Source: Vulcanimicrobiota bacterium (GTDB taxonomy: Bacteria; Vulcanimicrobiota; Xenobia; Xenobiales; JADMJV01). From it: a DNA stretch of 64,000 nucleotides. The DNA lies in NCBI GenBank assembly GCA_050250895.1, contig JBFWNU010000001.1:616008-680007 (forward strand). The letters are read 5' to 3'. The notes beneath the pieces were generated by a model. The model made no database searches. It had not been told where the DNA came from and saw nothing but the letters and a program-made list of their open reading frames with translations. Positions 47,208 through 55,630 of this stretch are shown piece after piece (the stretch's first letter is position 1; each line of letters opens with the position of its first letter). A program made the translations under genes and the position numbers.

Positions 47208-47527
47208 GCGAAGACAAGATCAAACGCCGCCGATTTCTAGCCGACATCCTGTTCGCCGGTGGAGGCCTGACGGCCGCGGCCTTTCTGGCCAAAGCCCAGT
47301 TCGGCCAAACCTCGCCGACCGACGTGCCTCAAACCTGCGAGACTCCCACCAGCTGCCAATCGCCCGACATCGACGGCAACGCCGTCCCCCCCGTCGAACC
47401 CCACCCCGCCGGCGCCGTCGCGCCCCCTCAGCCCGAAGAGCCCCAACTCGAGGGCAAGGTCGCCCAACCCGTCCAGATCAAAGGCGACGTGGCCGTGCCC
47501 GATGACAGGCTAGAGGGACGACGGTAG
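47204..47527 (+). CDS. Putative rSAM substrate 5
   Basis: ATGA overlap; same leader; IDGNAVPP, PAGAVAPP, LEGKVAQP, IKGDVAVP. Confidence 0.85.
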   Translation: MSEDKIKRRRFLADILFAGGGLTAAAFLAKAQFGQTSPTDVPQTCETPTSCQSPDIDGNAVPPVEPHPAGAVAPPQPEEPQLEGKVAQPVQIKGDVAVPDDRLEGRR

Positions 47528-47561
47528 ACGGTAGACGGTAGACGGTAGACGGTAGACGGTA
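47520..47561 (+). repeat. Tandem heptamer (GACGGTA)x6
   Basis: Six perfect copies; the first supplies the TAG stop of substrate 5. Confidence 0.95.
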
Positions 47562-47694
47562 GAGAGCCGCATCTCGCTGCCGGCTCGCTGCCGGCTCTCT
47601 CCTGTTTCCCTGACGGCGCCCGGGCCCGCCCACTCGAAGCTGGTGAGTTCCCCTCTCGACGGCGAAGCCGCCCAGAATGACGACGCGAAGCGTC

Positions 47695-47996
47695 GAGTAC
47701 CTCAAAACTCGAGGTGAGCCCAGCGAACCTCGCTCCCCTCTCGCTGGCGAGCGCAAGCGAAGCCAGCGCTCCCCTCTCCGGGCGCAGCCCGGCTCCTCTC
47801 TCGCGAGCAAAGCGAGCGCTCCCTTCTCGACGGCGAAGCCGTCGCGAGTACCTCAAAACTCGAGGTGAGCCCAGCGAACCTCGCTCCCTTCTCGCTGGCG
47901 AGCGCAAGCGAAGCCAGCGCTCCCCTCTCCGGGCGCAGCCCGGCTCCTCTCTCGCGAGCAAAGCGAGCGCTCCCTTCTCGACGGCGAAGCCGTCGC
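47695..47996. repeat. 151-bp direct tandem duplication of a multi-hairpin element
   Basis: 47695-47845 vs 47846-47996, one mismatch seen; hairpins separated by GCTCCCCTCTC-type spacers. Confidence 0.9.
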
Positions 47997-47999
47997 CCG

Positions 48000-48977
48000 C
48001 TAGGCGGTGGCTACGAAGGAGGGAGCGCGGCCGAAGCTCTTGCGATAGCGATCGGCGAACTCATCACGGGTGTAGCTGTGATTCTGGGTGCCGTACTTCT
48101 CCACCACGTAAGCGGCGGCCACGCTGCCCATGCGTCCACATTCGGCCAACTCGCAGCCCGCGACCAGGCCAGCTACGAATCCGCCGCGATAGGCGTCGCC
48201 CGCGCCGGTGGGGTCGACCGCTTTCGAGATCACGCAGGGCGGGACCTCGATGGCCGTCTCGCCTTTGCGCAGAATGCGACTGCCTTTCTCGCCCAGGGTC
48301 ACCACCAGCATGTCCATCTGGTCGAGCAATTGCTCGGTGGTGCGACCGGTCTTCTCTTGGAAGACCGAGAACTCGTAGTCGTTGAGAATCATAGCGTGGG
48401 CGCCCAGAGCGCCTTCGAGCAAGGGTCCGCCCTCCATGGCCGTGACCTGGAAGGAGGGGTCGTAAATCAGCGGGATGCCGGCCTCTTTCGCCTCGCGGCA
48501 GTGACGCAGCATGGCTTCAGGATCGTCAGGGGCGACGATCAGCAGGGCCGGCGAGGGGCCGGCCGAGGCTTTGACACTGATGTTCTTGGAGTGGGGCATG
48601 GCGCCCACATAGAAGCCGGTAATCTGGTTGTTGGCCCGGTCGGTGGTGATGTAGCAGGTGGCCGTGATCTCGTCTTCGACTCGCAGGATGGCCGAGGTGT
48701 CGACCCCGTTCTTCTCGAGGAAGTCGGCGTAGGTGTCGAAATCGTTGCCGGCCGCCGCGATAATGCGGGGGTGGCGACCCAGAAGGGACAGGGTGTAGGC
48801 GATGTTGGCTGCACAGCCGCCCCGCTGCTTGGTGACCTTGTCCACCAGAAAAGAGATGTTGATCATGTGCAGCTTCTCGGGCAGGATGTGCTCCTTGAAG
48901 TAGCCGGGAAAGGACATGATGTTGTCAAAGGCCAGCGAGCCTGCTACCAGGATCTGGCCCTCCATCGTTTTGGCCAC
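48000..48977 (-). CDS. PfkB-family nucleoside/carbohydrate kinase (adenosine kinase-like)
   Basis: GSLAFD, GGCAANIA, DPSFQ, NDYE, VDPTGAGDAYRGG; AGGAGG before GTG 48977. Confidence 0.9.
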   Translation of the reverse strand: MAKTMEGQILVAGSLAFDNIMSFPGYFKEHILPEKLHMINISFLVDKVTKQRGGCAANIAYTLSLLGRHPRIIAAAGNDFDTYADFLEKNGVDTSAILRVEDEITATCYITTDRANNQITGFYVGAMPHSKNISVKASAGPSPALLIVAPDDPEAMLRHCREAKEAGIPLIYDPSFQVTAMEGGPLLEGALGAHAMILNDYEFSVFQEKTGRTTEQLLDQMDMLVVTLGEKGSRILRKGETAIEVPPCVISKAVDPTGAGDAYRGGFVAGLVAGCELAECGRMGSVAAAYVVEKYGTQNHSYTRDEFADRYRKSFGRAPSFVATA

Positions 48978-48990
48978 GGTATTGCCTCCT

Positions 48991-50397
48991 TCAGGGCGTC
49001 GCCGCCGCAGTGGGACTCGCGGCCGGCGTCTCGTTCTTGGAGTAGAGCGGCGCGACGATTCCGCGCCACTCTTCCAGGGGATTGCCCGACGCATTGTAGA
49101 CAGGCTTGGCGCCGTTGTCAACTTGAGTGCTTCCATCCCGGAAAGCTCCCAGGCGAACGTGGCCCAGACTCTTGCCCGACTTGTCGAAAAACTCCAGGTC
49201 GGCGACAGGCTCCTTCAGTTCCGCCGTTTGAGGCAAAGATTCCTCCCAACGAAGGTCCTTGATCTTCCAGAGCAGATCGGTCACTTCGGCGCCGTTATCG
49301 GAGTGGGCCGGCTCGCTGACCTTCCAGCCACCGCTGGTGCGTTTGGCTTCGAGCTTGTAGTCGCCGAGATGCCCGGTGACTTTCTCGACGTTTTCGACCT
49401 CGAAGTCGACCAGGTGGCGCTCTTGGAACTCGTGCACTTCGGGGTGCAGCAATTTGGCCGCTTTGTCACCGAGCTCGACCACCATGGCTTCTTCAGGGTC
49501 GAGTCGGCGGACATAGTACATTCCCGGTTTGACGGCCACCTCCGGACCGATTTCCATCACGAAGGGGCGGGGGTTGTCCTCGAGGGTGGCCTCGACTCGC
49601 AGCCACGGATGGTCCCATTTGACCTTCTCGTCGGGGCCGAGAAAACGTCCACCGGAGAGAGACTTGAGTGCCCAGATGTAATCGTTGACCTGCTGGCGAT
49701 CGGCGGGTGCTTTGATGGGCTCGACCAGCGAGAACTCGACCAGCGGTTCCGGCTCGTCTTCATCCTTCTTCTCGTCTTTGGTTTCGGGCTTTTTGCCGTC
49801 AATCACCAGGGTGTTTGTCGGAGTCACCAGCTTGAGCTTTCTCACCTGGGCCGGAATCACCGGCATCGGACTCTTTTCGCGCAGCGCTTCGATGTCTTGC
49901 TCGAGAGTCTGGCCGAAGGCGCCAGCCACCATATAGATAGGTCCGCTGCCGCCCACCTGAGCATAAAAATTCTGGCCGTCAGGCGTGCGCGAGCCCAGCA
50001 CCAGGTCGTATTCGGCTCCGTCTTCGACATGCAACTTGAGACGATAGCTGGGCTGGTCGAGCCCAAACTCGGCCAAATCCTCGGGCTTGGGGGTCTCGAT
50101 GATCACCTTCTCGTGAGAGAGTTGGCCCAGGTCGTTGGCCAACTGATCCAGCTGGGCTGCGCTGAGCAGCTGCTGACCGAAGAGCCAGCGACCGTCATGA
50201 CGTTCGAAGACCAGCTTCTTGTCGGCTTCTTTAGCTTCGACTTCGAGACGGTCCACCTGGTTCTCTTCGACTTTGGCGAACAGGCGCTTGGCTAGAGCCT
50301 CTTTCTCGGCCTCGTCGGCCTTGTGCTTGGTCGACCAGACATAGAAGCCGGCCAGCCCGATGACCAGCACCAGCATAATCACAGTTGAACGGTTCAT
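48991..50397 (-). CDS. DUF4340 domain protein
   Basis: N-terminal TM; LAEFGLDQP, LGSRTP...YA repeats; downstream of GldG-like gene. Confidence 0.8.
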   Translation of the reverse strand: MNRSTVIMLVLVIGLAGFYVWSTKHKADEAEKEALAKRLFAKVEENQVDRLEVEAKEADKKLVFERHDGRWLFGQQLLSAAQLDQLANDLGQLSHEKVIIETPKPEDLAEFGLDQPSYRLKLHVEDGAEYDLVLGSRTPDGQNFYAQVGGSGPIYMVAGAFGQTLEQDIEALREKSPMPVIPAQVRKLKLVTPTNTLVIDGKKPETKDEKKDEDEPEPLVEFSLVEPIKAPADRQQVNDYIWALKSLSGGRFLGPDEKVKWDHPWLRVEATLEDNPRPFVMEIGPEVAVKPGMYYVRRLDPEEAMVVELGDKAAKLLHPEVHEFQERHLVDFEVENVEKVTGHLGDYKLEAKRTSGGWKVSEPAHSDNGAEVTDLLWKIKDLRWEESLPQTAELKEPVADLEFFDKSGKSLGHVRLGAFRDGSTQVDNGAKPVYNASGNPLEEWRGIVAPLYSKNETPAASPTAAATP

Positions 50398-50406
50398 GAG
50401 CGGCCC

Positions 50407-51816
50407 CTAGCGAGAATTGTTGCGACCCGAGGCGGTCACGAAGCCGGTCACGGCTACCAGTAAAGGCACCAGGACCATACTCACCAAACGGATCCAGGCC
50501 AGCTGGTTATTCTCGAGCACCAGGGGCTTTGACTTGGACTCGTCATCCCGGATGGTAATCTGGTCGTCGGCCTCGGCCAGCCAGTTGACGGCATTAAGAG
50601 CCAGGTCGCGATTGCCGTTGAGGGCCAGCATATTGTTAGAAAAGCAGTCGATGTCGCCGAAGACCAGCAGCCGCTGCTCTTTAGGCTTGGCCTCGGGCTG
50701 GTCAGGCGCCGGGGTCTCGGTCGGTTTTGGCTGGTCGATCGTTCGGGTCACCGCTACTGCCAGTCCCAGCGAAACCGCCTTCTCGGCATCGGGGGTAAAG
50801 GCGAACTGGGTCTTGCCCACCACCTCGGAGAGGGGCACCGGGTAAGCGCTGGGAGGCGTCTTGATCAGCGGGTCGACGCGGAAGCCTTCCTTCTCGGTCC
50901 CCTTCTCGACGGGGCGGGCCAGGCGGAACAGGGTATTGGTCTTGAAATCGCGGGTGACGGGGCTGTTGGGCGAATAGACGGCGCCCACAGCGAAGACCGG
51001 CTCGGCGTTGACCAGAGCCGAAGCCTCGTCGATGATGACCTCGTCTTTCAGGTCGACTCCGTATTCGGCCACCAGTTCCTGATACTGCTTGGGAGTTTCC
51101 ATCTCGGCCGCCAGCATCAGGTGCCCACCGGCCTCGAGAAAGTCCTTCACCTTCTTGAGTTCGCCTTCGAGCATGGCGCTGGTGGGGCCGGCTAGAATCA
51201 AAGCGGCGGCATCCTTGGGTACTTCCTTTTCAGAGACCAGACTCAACGGCTCGGAAACGAAGCCCTCGGTAGCCAGAGCGGCCTTCCATTCCGAAACCGA
51301 GCCCTGGTCCTTCTGCTCGAGACCACGCTCGCCGTGACCCTGGACAAAATAGACCTTGCGCTCTTTAGAGTGCGAGAGCTTGAGCAAAGCCGAGGTGATG
51401 GCCGCCTCCTCCAAATTGGTGGCGCGCTCGCGCCGCTGGCCCGCTTCTTCGCCTTTGAATTCGAGCACGGCCTGACTATTGGTGCGCACCTCGAGTTCTT
51501 GAGCCAGCGTGGGCCGGCGCTCGACATCGTTAATCTCGTATTCGAACTTCCCGGGGTTGACCTTCTGATAGCGCTCCATCAGCGACTCGACCTCTTTGCG
51601 GCCCCGCCCGTCGGCCTCGAAGACCCAGGCTTTGACGGGCTTGTCCAACCGCCTGAGCAGGTCGAGGCTCTGTTGCGTGAGAGTGTTGCGCTGATTCTTG
51701 GTCAAGTCAAAGGTGTGCTGGTTCTGCTTGGAGATGGCCAGCACCAAAAAGTAGATGGACAAAGCCAGGGCGGCCGAGAAAACGGTAGAGAGAAAAAGCT
51801 TGCTGCGCCGATTCAC
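50407..51816 (-). CDS. GldG-family ABC auxiliary protein
   Basis: FDLT....TL, VYFVQGHGE, LILAGP, VFGD..F, N.DL.LNAVNWL; TM at both ends. Confidence 0.85.
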   Translation of the reverse strand: MNRRSKLFLSTVFSAALALSIYFLVLAISKQNQHTFDLTKNQRNTLTQQSLDLLRRLDKPVKAWVFEADGRGRKEVESLMERYQKVNPGKFEYEINDVERRPTLAQELEVRTNSQAVLEFKGEEAGQRRERATNLEEAAITSALLKLSHSKERKVYFVQGHGERGLEQKDQGSVSEWKAALATEGFVSEPLSLVSEKEVPKDAAALILAGPTSAMLEGELKKVKDFLEAGGHLMLAAEMETPKQYQELVAEYGVDLKDEVIIDEASALVNAEPVFAVGAVYSPNSPVTRDFKTNTLFRLARPVEKGTEKEGFRVDPLIKTPPSAYPVPLSEVVGKTQFAFTPDAEKAVSLGLAVAVTRTIDQPKPTETPAPDQPEAKPKEQRLLVFGDIDCFSNNMLALNGNRDLALNAVNWLAEADDQITIRDDESKSKPLVLENNQLAWIRLVSMVLVPLLVAVTGFVTASGRNNSR

Positions 51817-51818
51817 GA

Positions 51819-52577
51819 TTAGAGCCTCCACTTCCGGCTCTCGAGGATGCGCACTGTCAAAAACAGGAATAGCGCTGTCCAGGCCAGGTAGTAGACGATG
51901 TTATGGGTCGAGACATTGCCTCTGGCCATGGCCTCGACGTGCGACATCATCGACAGGTCACCGAAGGTCTCTTTGACGGCCGTGATCTGGTCGTCGAGAA
52001 TCATGATCAACCAGCTGGCCATCAGCCCGCCATAGCTCACCACGGCCGCGATCATCTGACTCGACGTGGTGCTCGAGGCCCACAGGCCAAAGGCCGTGAA
52101 GGCGGCTCCCAGCAGCAGCAGGCCGAGATAGCCCGACCCGATGAGCTTCCACTCGATGTCGGTGAGGCGACTGAGCATCACCACCGACACCGAACTGAAA
52201 GCCAACATGGTGGCCACCACCGTCTGCGCGGCAAAAAACTTGCCGCCCACGATCTGCCACTCGGTCAGAGGATAGGTGAACAGCATCTCGAGGGTGCCCG
52301 AGCGACTCTCTTCGGCGATGAGGCGCATCGTCAAGAGCGGCAGGATGAACAACATGAGAAAGCCCATCCACCATTGCACCGGCACCACCAGATCGTCCAT
52401 GACGTTGACGCTGCGCGCCATGAACGGATTCATACCGGCGCTCATGGAGTACTGCGAATAGCTGTTGACCATGCCGGTGAAGATCAGGCCCAGCACGAAC
52501 AGGTAGATGGCCATCAGCACCCAGGCCAGGCTCGAGTTGAAATAGGCGGCCAGTTCGCGCCGATAGATTGCCAGCAT
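51819..52577 (-). CDS. ABC-2 permease (GldF-like)
   Basis: RRELAAYFNS, PLLTMRLIAEE..SGTLEMLFTYP, IVGGKF. Confidence 0.88.
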   Translation of the reverse strand: MLAIYRRELAAYFNSSLAWVLMAIYLFVLGLIFTGMVNSYSQYSMSAGMNPFMARSVNVMDDLVVPVQWWMGFLMLFILPLLTMRLIAEESRSGTLEMLFTYPLTEWQIVGGKFFAAQTVVATMLAFSSVSVVMLSRLTDIEWKLIGSGYLGLLLLGAAFTAFGLWASSTTSSQMIAAVVSYGGLMASWLIMILDDQITAVKETFGDLSMMSHVEAMARGNVSTHNIVYYLAWTALFLFLTVRILESRKWRL

Positions 52578-53503
52578 CAGTTGGCCTCCTTGCGCACGAT
52601 TTTGAGAAAGATGTCTTCGAGGCTCAAACTCTGGGGAGTCAGCTCGAGCAGGTCCCACTCTTGAGCGATCACGGTGCGAGCCAATTCGGCCCGCACATCC
52701 ACCCCGGTGTCGGATTCGACCTCGTAGAGGTTGCCCTCGACCTTGCGCACCTCATTAATGCCTTCCACGGTCCCTAGCACACTGGAAACCTTGTCGCTGT
52801 CGGTCCCCACCCGCACCAGGATGCGGGCCATGCCCTGCAGACTCGAGGTCAGGTTGCGAGGAGTGTCGATGGCCTTGATCTTGCCTTCGGCGATGATGAT
52901 GACCCGGCTACACGTGGCCGAGACCTCGGGCAGAATGTGAGTCGAGAGGATGACCGTGGACGATTCGGCCAGTTCCCGAATCAATTCGCGGATATCGCGG
53001 ATCTGGGCCGGGTCGAGCCCCACGGTGGGCTCGTCGAGGATCAAGACCTTGGGATTGTTGACGATGGCCTGAGCCAATCCCACCCGCTGCTTGTAGCCTC
53101 GGGAGATGGTGCCGATCAACTGGTTCTCGACCGAGCCCAGGTTGCAGCGGCCCATGGCCAGCTTGACGGCCTTCTCCCGCTCGCTGCCGGGAATGCCCTT
53201 GGCGGCGGCGGCAAAGGTCAAGAATTCTCGAGTGGTCATCTCGTGATAGAGCGGCACATGTTCGGGCAGGTATCCAACGCTGCGGCGCACCTCGATGGAC
53301 TCATCCGAGACGTCATGACCGGCGATGCTGGCTGTTCCCGAAGTCGGCGGGAAATAACCCGTCAGCATACGCATTGTAGTGGTCTTGCCGGCGGCGTTGG
53401 GGCCGAGGAAACCGAGGATCTCCCCCTTGTGGACCTCGAAAGTCAACCCGTCGACAGCCACTTTATCTCCGAAAACCTTCGTGAGCTTGTTAGCGGCAAT
53501 CAC
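52577..53503 (-). CDS. ABC transporter ATP-binding protein (GldA-like)
   Basis: GPNAAGKTT, ISRGYKQRVGLAQA, LDEPT, STHIL. Confidence 0.92.
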   Translation of the reverse strand: MIAANKLTKVFGDKVAVDGLTFEVHKGEILGFLGPNAAGKTTTMRMLTGYFPPTSGTASIAGHDVSDESIEVRRSVGYLPEHVPLYHEMTTREFLTFAAAAKGIPGSEREKAVKLAMGRCNLGSVENQLIGTISRGYKQRVGLAQAIVNNPKVLILDEPTVGLDPAQIRDIRELIRELAESSTVILSTHILPEVSATCSRVIIIAEGKIKAIDTPRNLTSSLQGMARILVRVGTDSDKVSSVLGTVEGINEVRKVEGNLYEVESDTGVDVRAELARTVIAQEWDLLELTPQSLSLEDIFLKIVRKEAN

Positions 53504-53576
53504 ACCAGGTCCCTCCTACTAGCGGCGAGGTTGTTCTGCGATGCAGATCACATTCCTCCCTTAACCGCTAGAGGCC

Positions 53577-55070
53577 CTAAAGGTTTCGCTGGTCGTCCAC
53601 CAGTCGACCCACCACAGCCTGAATCTCATCGAGGTCGAACGGCTTGGTCAACCAGGCAGCCACTCCGGGCAGATCAGCCTGCTGCTCGCCGCCGCTAAAG
53701 ACCACCACCGGGATGCCCGAGGTCGCCTCCTGGCTGGCCAGTTCGGCGATCAGCTCAAGCCCGGTCATGCCAGGCATGGTGATGTCGGTGATGATCAGCT
53801 TGGGAAACAATTGGCGAGCGGTGTCGAGGCCGGCCTCGGCCGTATTGGCCACGTGGACGGTGAAGCCGCGCACGCTCAAGAGTCCGCGCAAGACCTCGAG
53901 GGTCGGCACCTCGTCATCGATCACCAGCAGGTCGGGGCCTTCTCCGAGAGGGGGCAGCTCGATACGCTCGAGCAGCGAGCTTCGGGCCAGCGACAGGCGA
54001 AACAGAGCGCCTCCCTCGGGGCGATTGAAAGCCGCGAGGCTACCACCGAGCACCTCGGCGTGGCGGCGGGCCAGGCTCAGCCCCAGCCCACTGCCCTCGG
54101 AACTCTGGTCTTTGCTAAACGGCTCGAAGACGGCCTCAGGGTCGGTCAGCCCCGGCCCCTGGTCGACCACCTCGAACCGCACTTCCTCTGGCTCGTGGGC
54201 GGGGTAGCGATAGCAGCGCACCACTACCTCGTTGTGGCCACCAAAACGCAAGGCGTTGGACACCAACTGGTCGAGGATCTGGCGCAGGCGCTCGGGATCG
54301 CTGCGCAGACAGAGTGGTGACGCCACCACCTCGGTGAACAATCTCGTTCCCTGCTGCGAGGCCTCAAGAGCAAAACGCCGCTCCAGGGCGTCGAAAAGTT
54401 CAGCACAATCCAGGGGAGCCAACCGAGTAAGCGAGTGGTGGCCAGAGCCGCCTTCGTGCTCCTTGAGTTCCTCAAGCATGGCCTGCAATTGGCGCGCCGA
54501 GGCTTCGATCTGGTCGAGATTGGCCAGCTGCTTGTCGGCCAGGACATCTTCGGCCTTACGCCGCACCAGGCGAGCAAAGCCGACAATAGCATTGAGGGGA
54601 TTGCGCAAGTCGTGCAGCGTCTGGCGGAAGGTCAGGTCGCGGCGCTCGCGCTCCTTGGCCAGGGCTGCCGAGACCAATTCATATTCTACGTGAAGGTGGC
54701 GCAACTGAGCCATCAGACTTCGGCTGGTCTCGAGGGCCCGACCTTTCTCGCCGTCGGTCCTGCCACAGGCCAACAGACTGCCCACTCTGGCCAGCACCTC
54801 CCAGCCCGCCAGCGGTTGGCGGATGAACTCGTCAGCGCGCGGATCGGGCTGGTTCGAGGCCACGATCAATAGGACCGGCGGCCGGTCGGTCTGGGCCAGG
54901 ATGGTCGACGACTGACCGCTCGCCTGGTCGAGCAGAATCAAATCGGGAAGATCCTCGTCGGGCAGGCACCAGCCGATCTCGAGACGGTAGTCTGCTTGAA
55001 GAAATTCTCTGAGATTGGCCCCGAGTTCGGCCCTCTCCGTGATCAGAAGCAGGCGTGGGGGGTCGACCAT
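53577..55070 (-). CDS. Hybrid sensor histidine kinase (degenerate REC, HisKA, HATPase, REC)
   Basis: HDLRNPLN, NALRF, DQGPG, GSGLGL, C-terminal DD..D..K receiver. Confidence 0.88.
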   Translation of the reverse strand: MVDPPRLLLITERAELGANLREFLQADYRLEIGWCLPDEDLPDLILLDQASGQSSTILAQTDRPPVLLIVASNQPDPRADEFIRQPLAGWEVLARVGSLLACGRTDGEKGRALETSRSLMAQLRHLHVEYELVSAALAKERERRDLTFRQTLHDLRNPLNAIVGFARLVRRKAEDVLADKQLANLDQIEASARQLQAMLEELKEHEGGSGHHSLTRLAPLDCAELFDALERRFALEASQQGTRLFTEVVASPLCLRSDPERLRQILDQLVSNALRFGGHNEVVVRCYRYPAHEPEEVRFEVVDQGPGLTDPEAVFEPFSKDQSSEGSGLGLSLARRHAEVLGGSLAAFNRPEGGALFRLSLARSSLLERIELPPLGEGPDLLVIDDEVPTLEVLRGLLSVRGFTVHVANTAEAGLDTARQLFPKLIITDITMPGMTGLELIAELASQEATSGIPVVVFSGGEQQADLPGVAAWLTKPFDLDEIQAVVGRLVDDQRNL

Positions 55071-55122
55071 TCCTGCAGTGTTCCAAGGAGGGTAGGGGCC
55101 CTCCTCTTTTGAACCTGCCGAT

Positions 55123-55485
55123 ATGCGTATCCTGGTGGTCGAAGACAACCCCGTCAACCTCGACCTCGTCGTCCAGCTCCTCGAAGACGACCATGACATC
55201 CTTACCGCCGAAGACGGGCAAACAGGCATTGACCTCGCCCTCGAATCTCGACCCGACTTGATCCTGATGGACCTGTCGCTGCCCCGCAAGAATGGTTGGG
55301 AGGCCTGTCAGGCGCTGCGCGAGAGCGGCAAACTCGAGGGGGTCCCGATCGTGGCCCTGACCGCCCATGCCATCAAGGGTGACCGGGAGAAGGCGCTAGC
55401 CGCCGGCTTTGACGACTATGTCACCAAGCCCATCGACGAAGACCAGTTGTTCTCGGTCCTCGAGCGCTACGACCCCCAGAAATGA
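55123..55485 (+). CDS. Single-domain response regulator (DivK/CheY-like)
   Basis: VEDN, LMDLSLP, ALTAHA, TKP. Confidence 0.92.
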   Translation: MRILVVEDNPVNLDLVVQLLEDDHDILTAEDGQTGIDLALESRPDLILMDLSLPRKNGWEACQALRESGKLEGVPIVALTAHAIKGDREKALAAGFDDYVTKPIDEDQLFSVLERYDPQK

Positions 55486-55488
55486 CGA

Positions 55489-55515
55489 GCCCCCCGAACC
55501 TTTGTGTCGGAGGGC
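55489..55515. terminator. Hairpin between the response regulator and the small ORF
   Basis: GCCCCCCGA...TCGGAGGGC; no clear U-tract. Confidence 0.45.
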
Positions 55516-55540
55516 CAGGATGATTCAGATTCCATAGGAG

Positions 55541-55630
55541 TCATTTGGTCGCAGGAGCGGACTTCTTCTTCTGAGCAATCAGAAGCAGAATCGTTTCGCG
55601 TACTTTGGAGAGATCTTTGGTAGCGCTCAT
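55541..55630 (-). CDS. Small basic 29-aa protein MSATKDLSKVRETILLLIAQKKKSAPATK
   Basis: AAAGGAGGT RBS 7 nt before ATG; TGcTAATAT upstream; downstream hairpin. Confidence 0.65.
   Translation of the reverse strand: MSATKDLSKVRETILLLIAQKKKSAPATK

Noticed and set aside
47520-47996. Possible CRISPR array
   Set aside because: No constant 25-45 bp repeats with unique spacers and no cas genes; it is a heptamer VNTR plus a 151-bp duplication
47428-48385. ORFs with LPSTVYR or RGEPSEPRS repeats
   Set aside because: They are translations of the non-coding repeats, lack RBSs and overlap real genes
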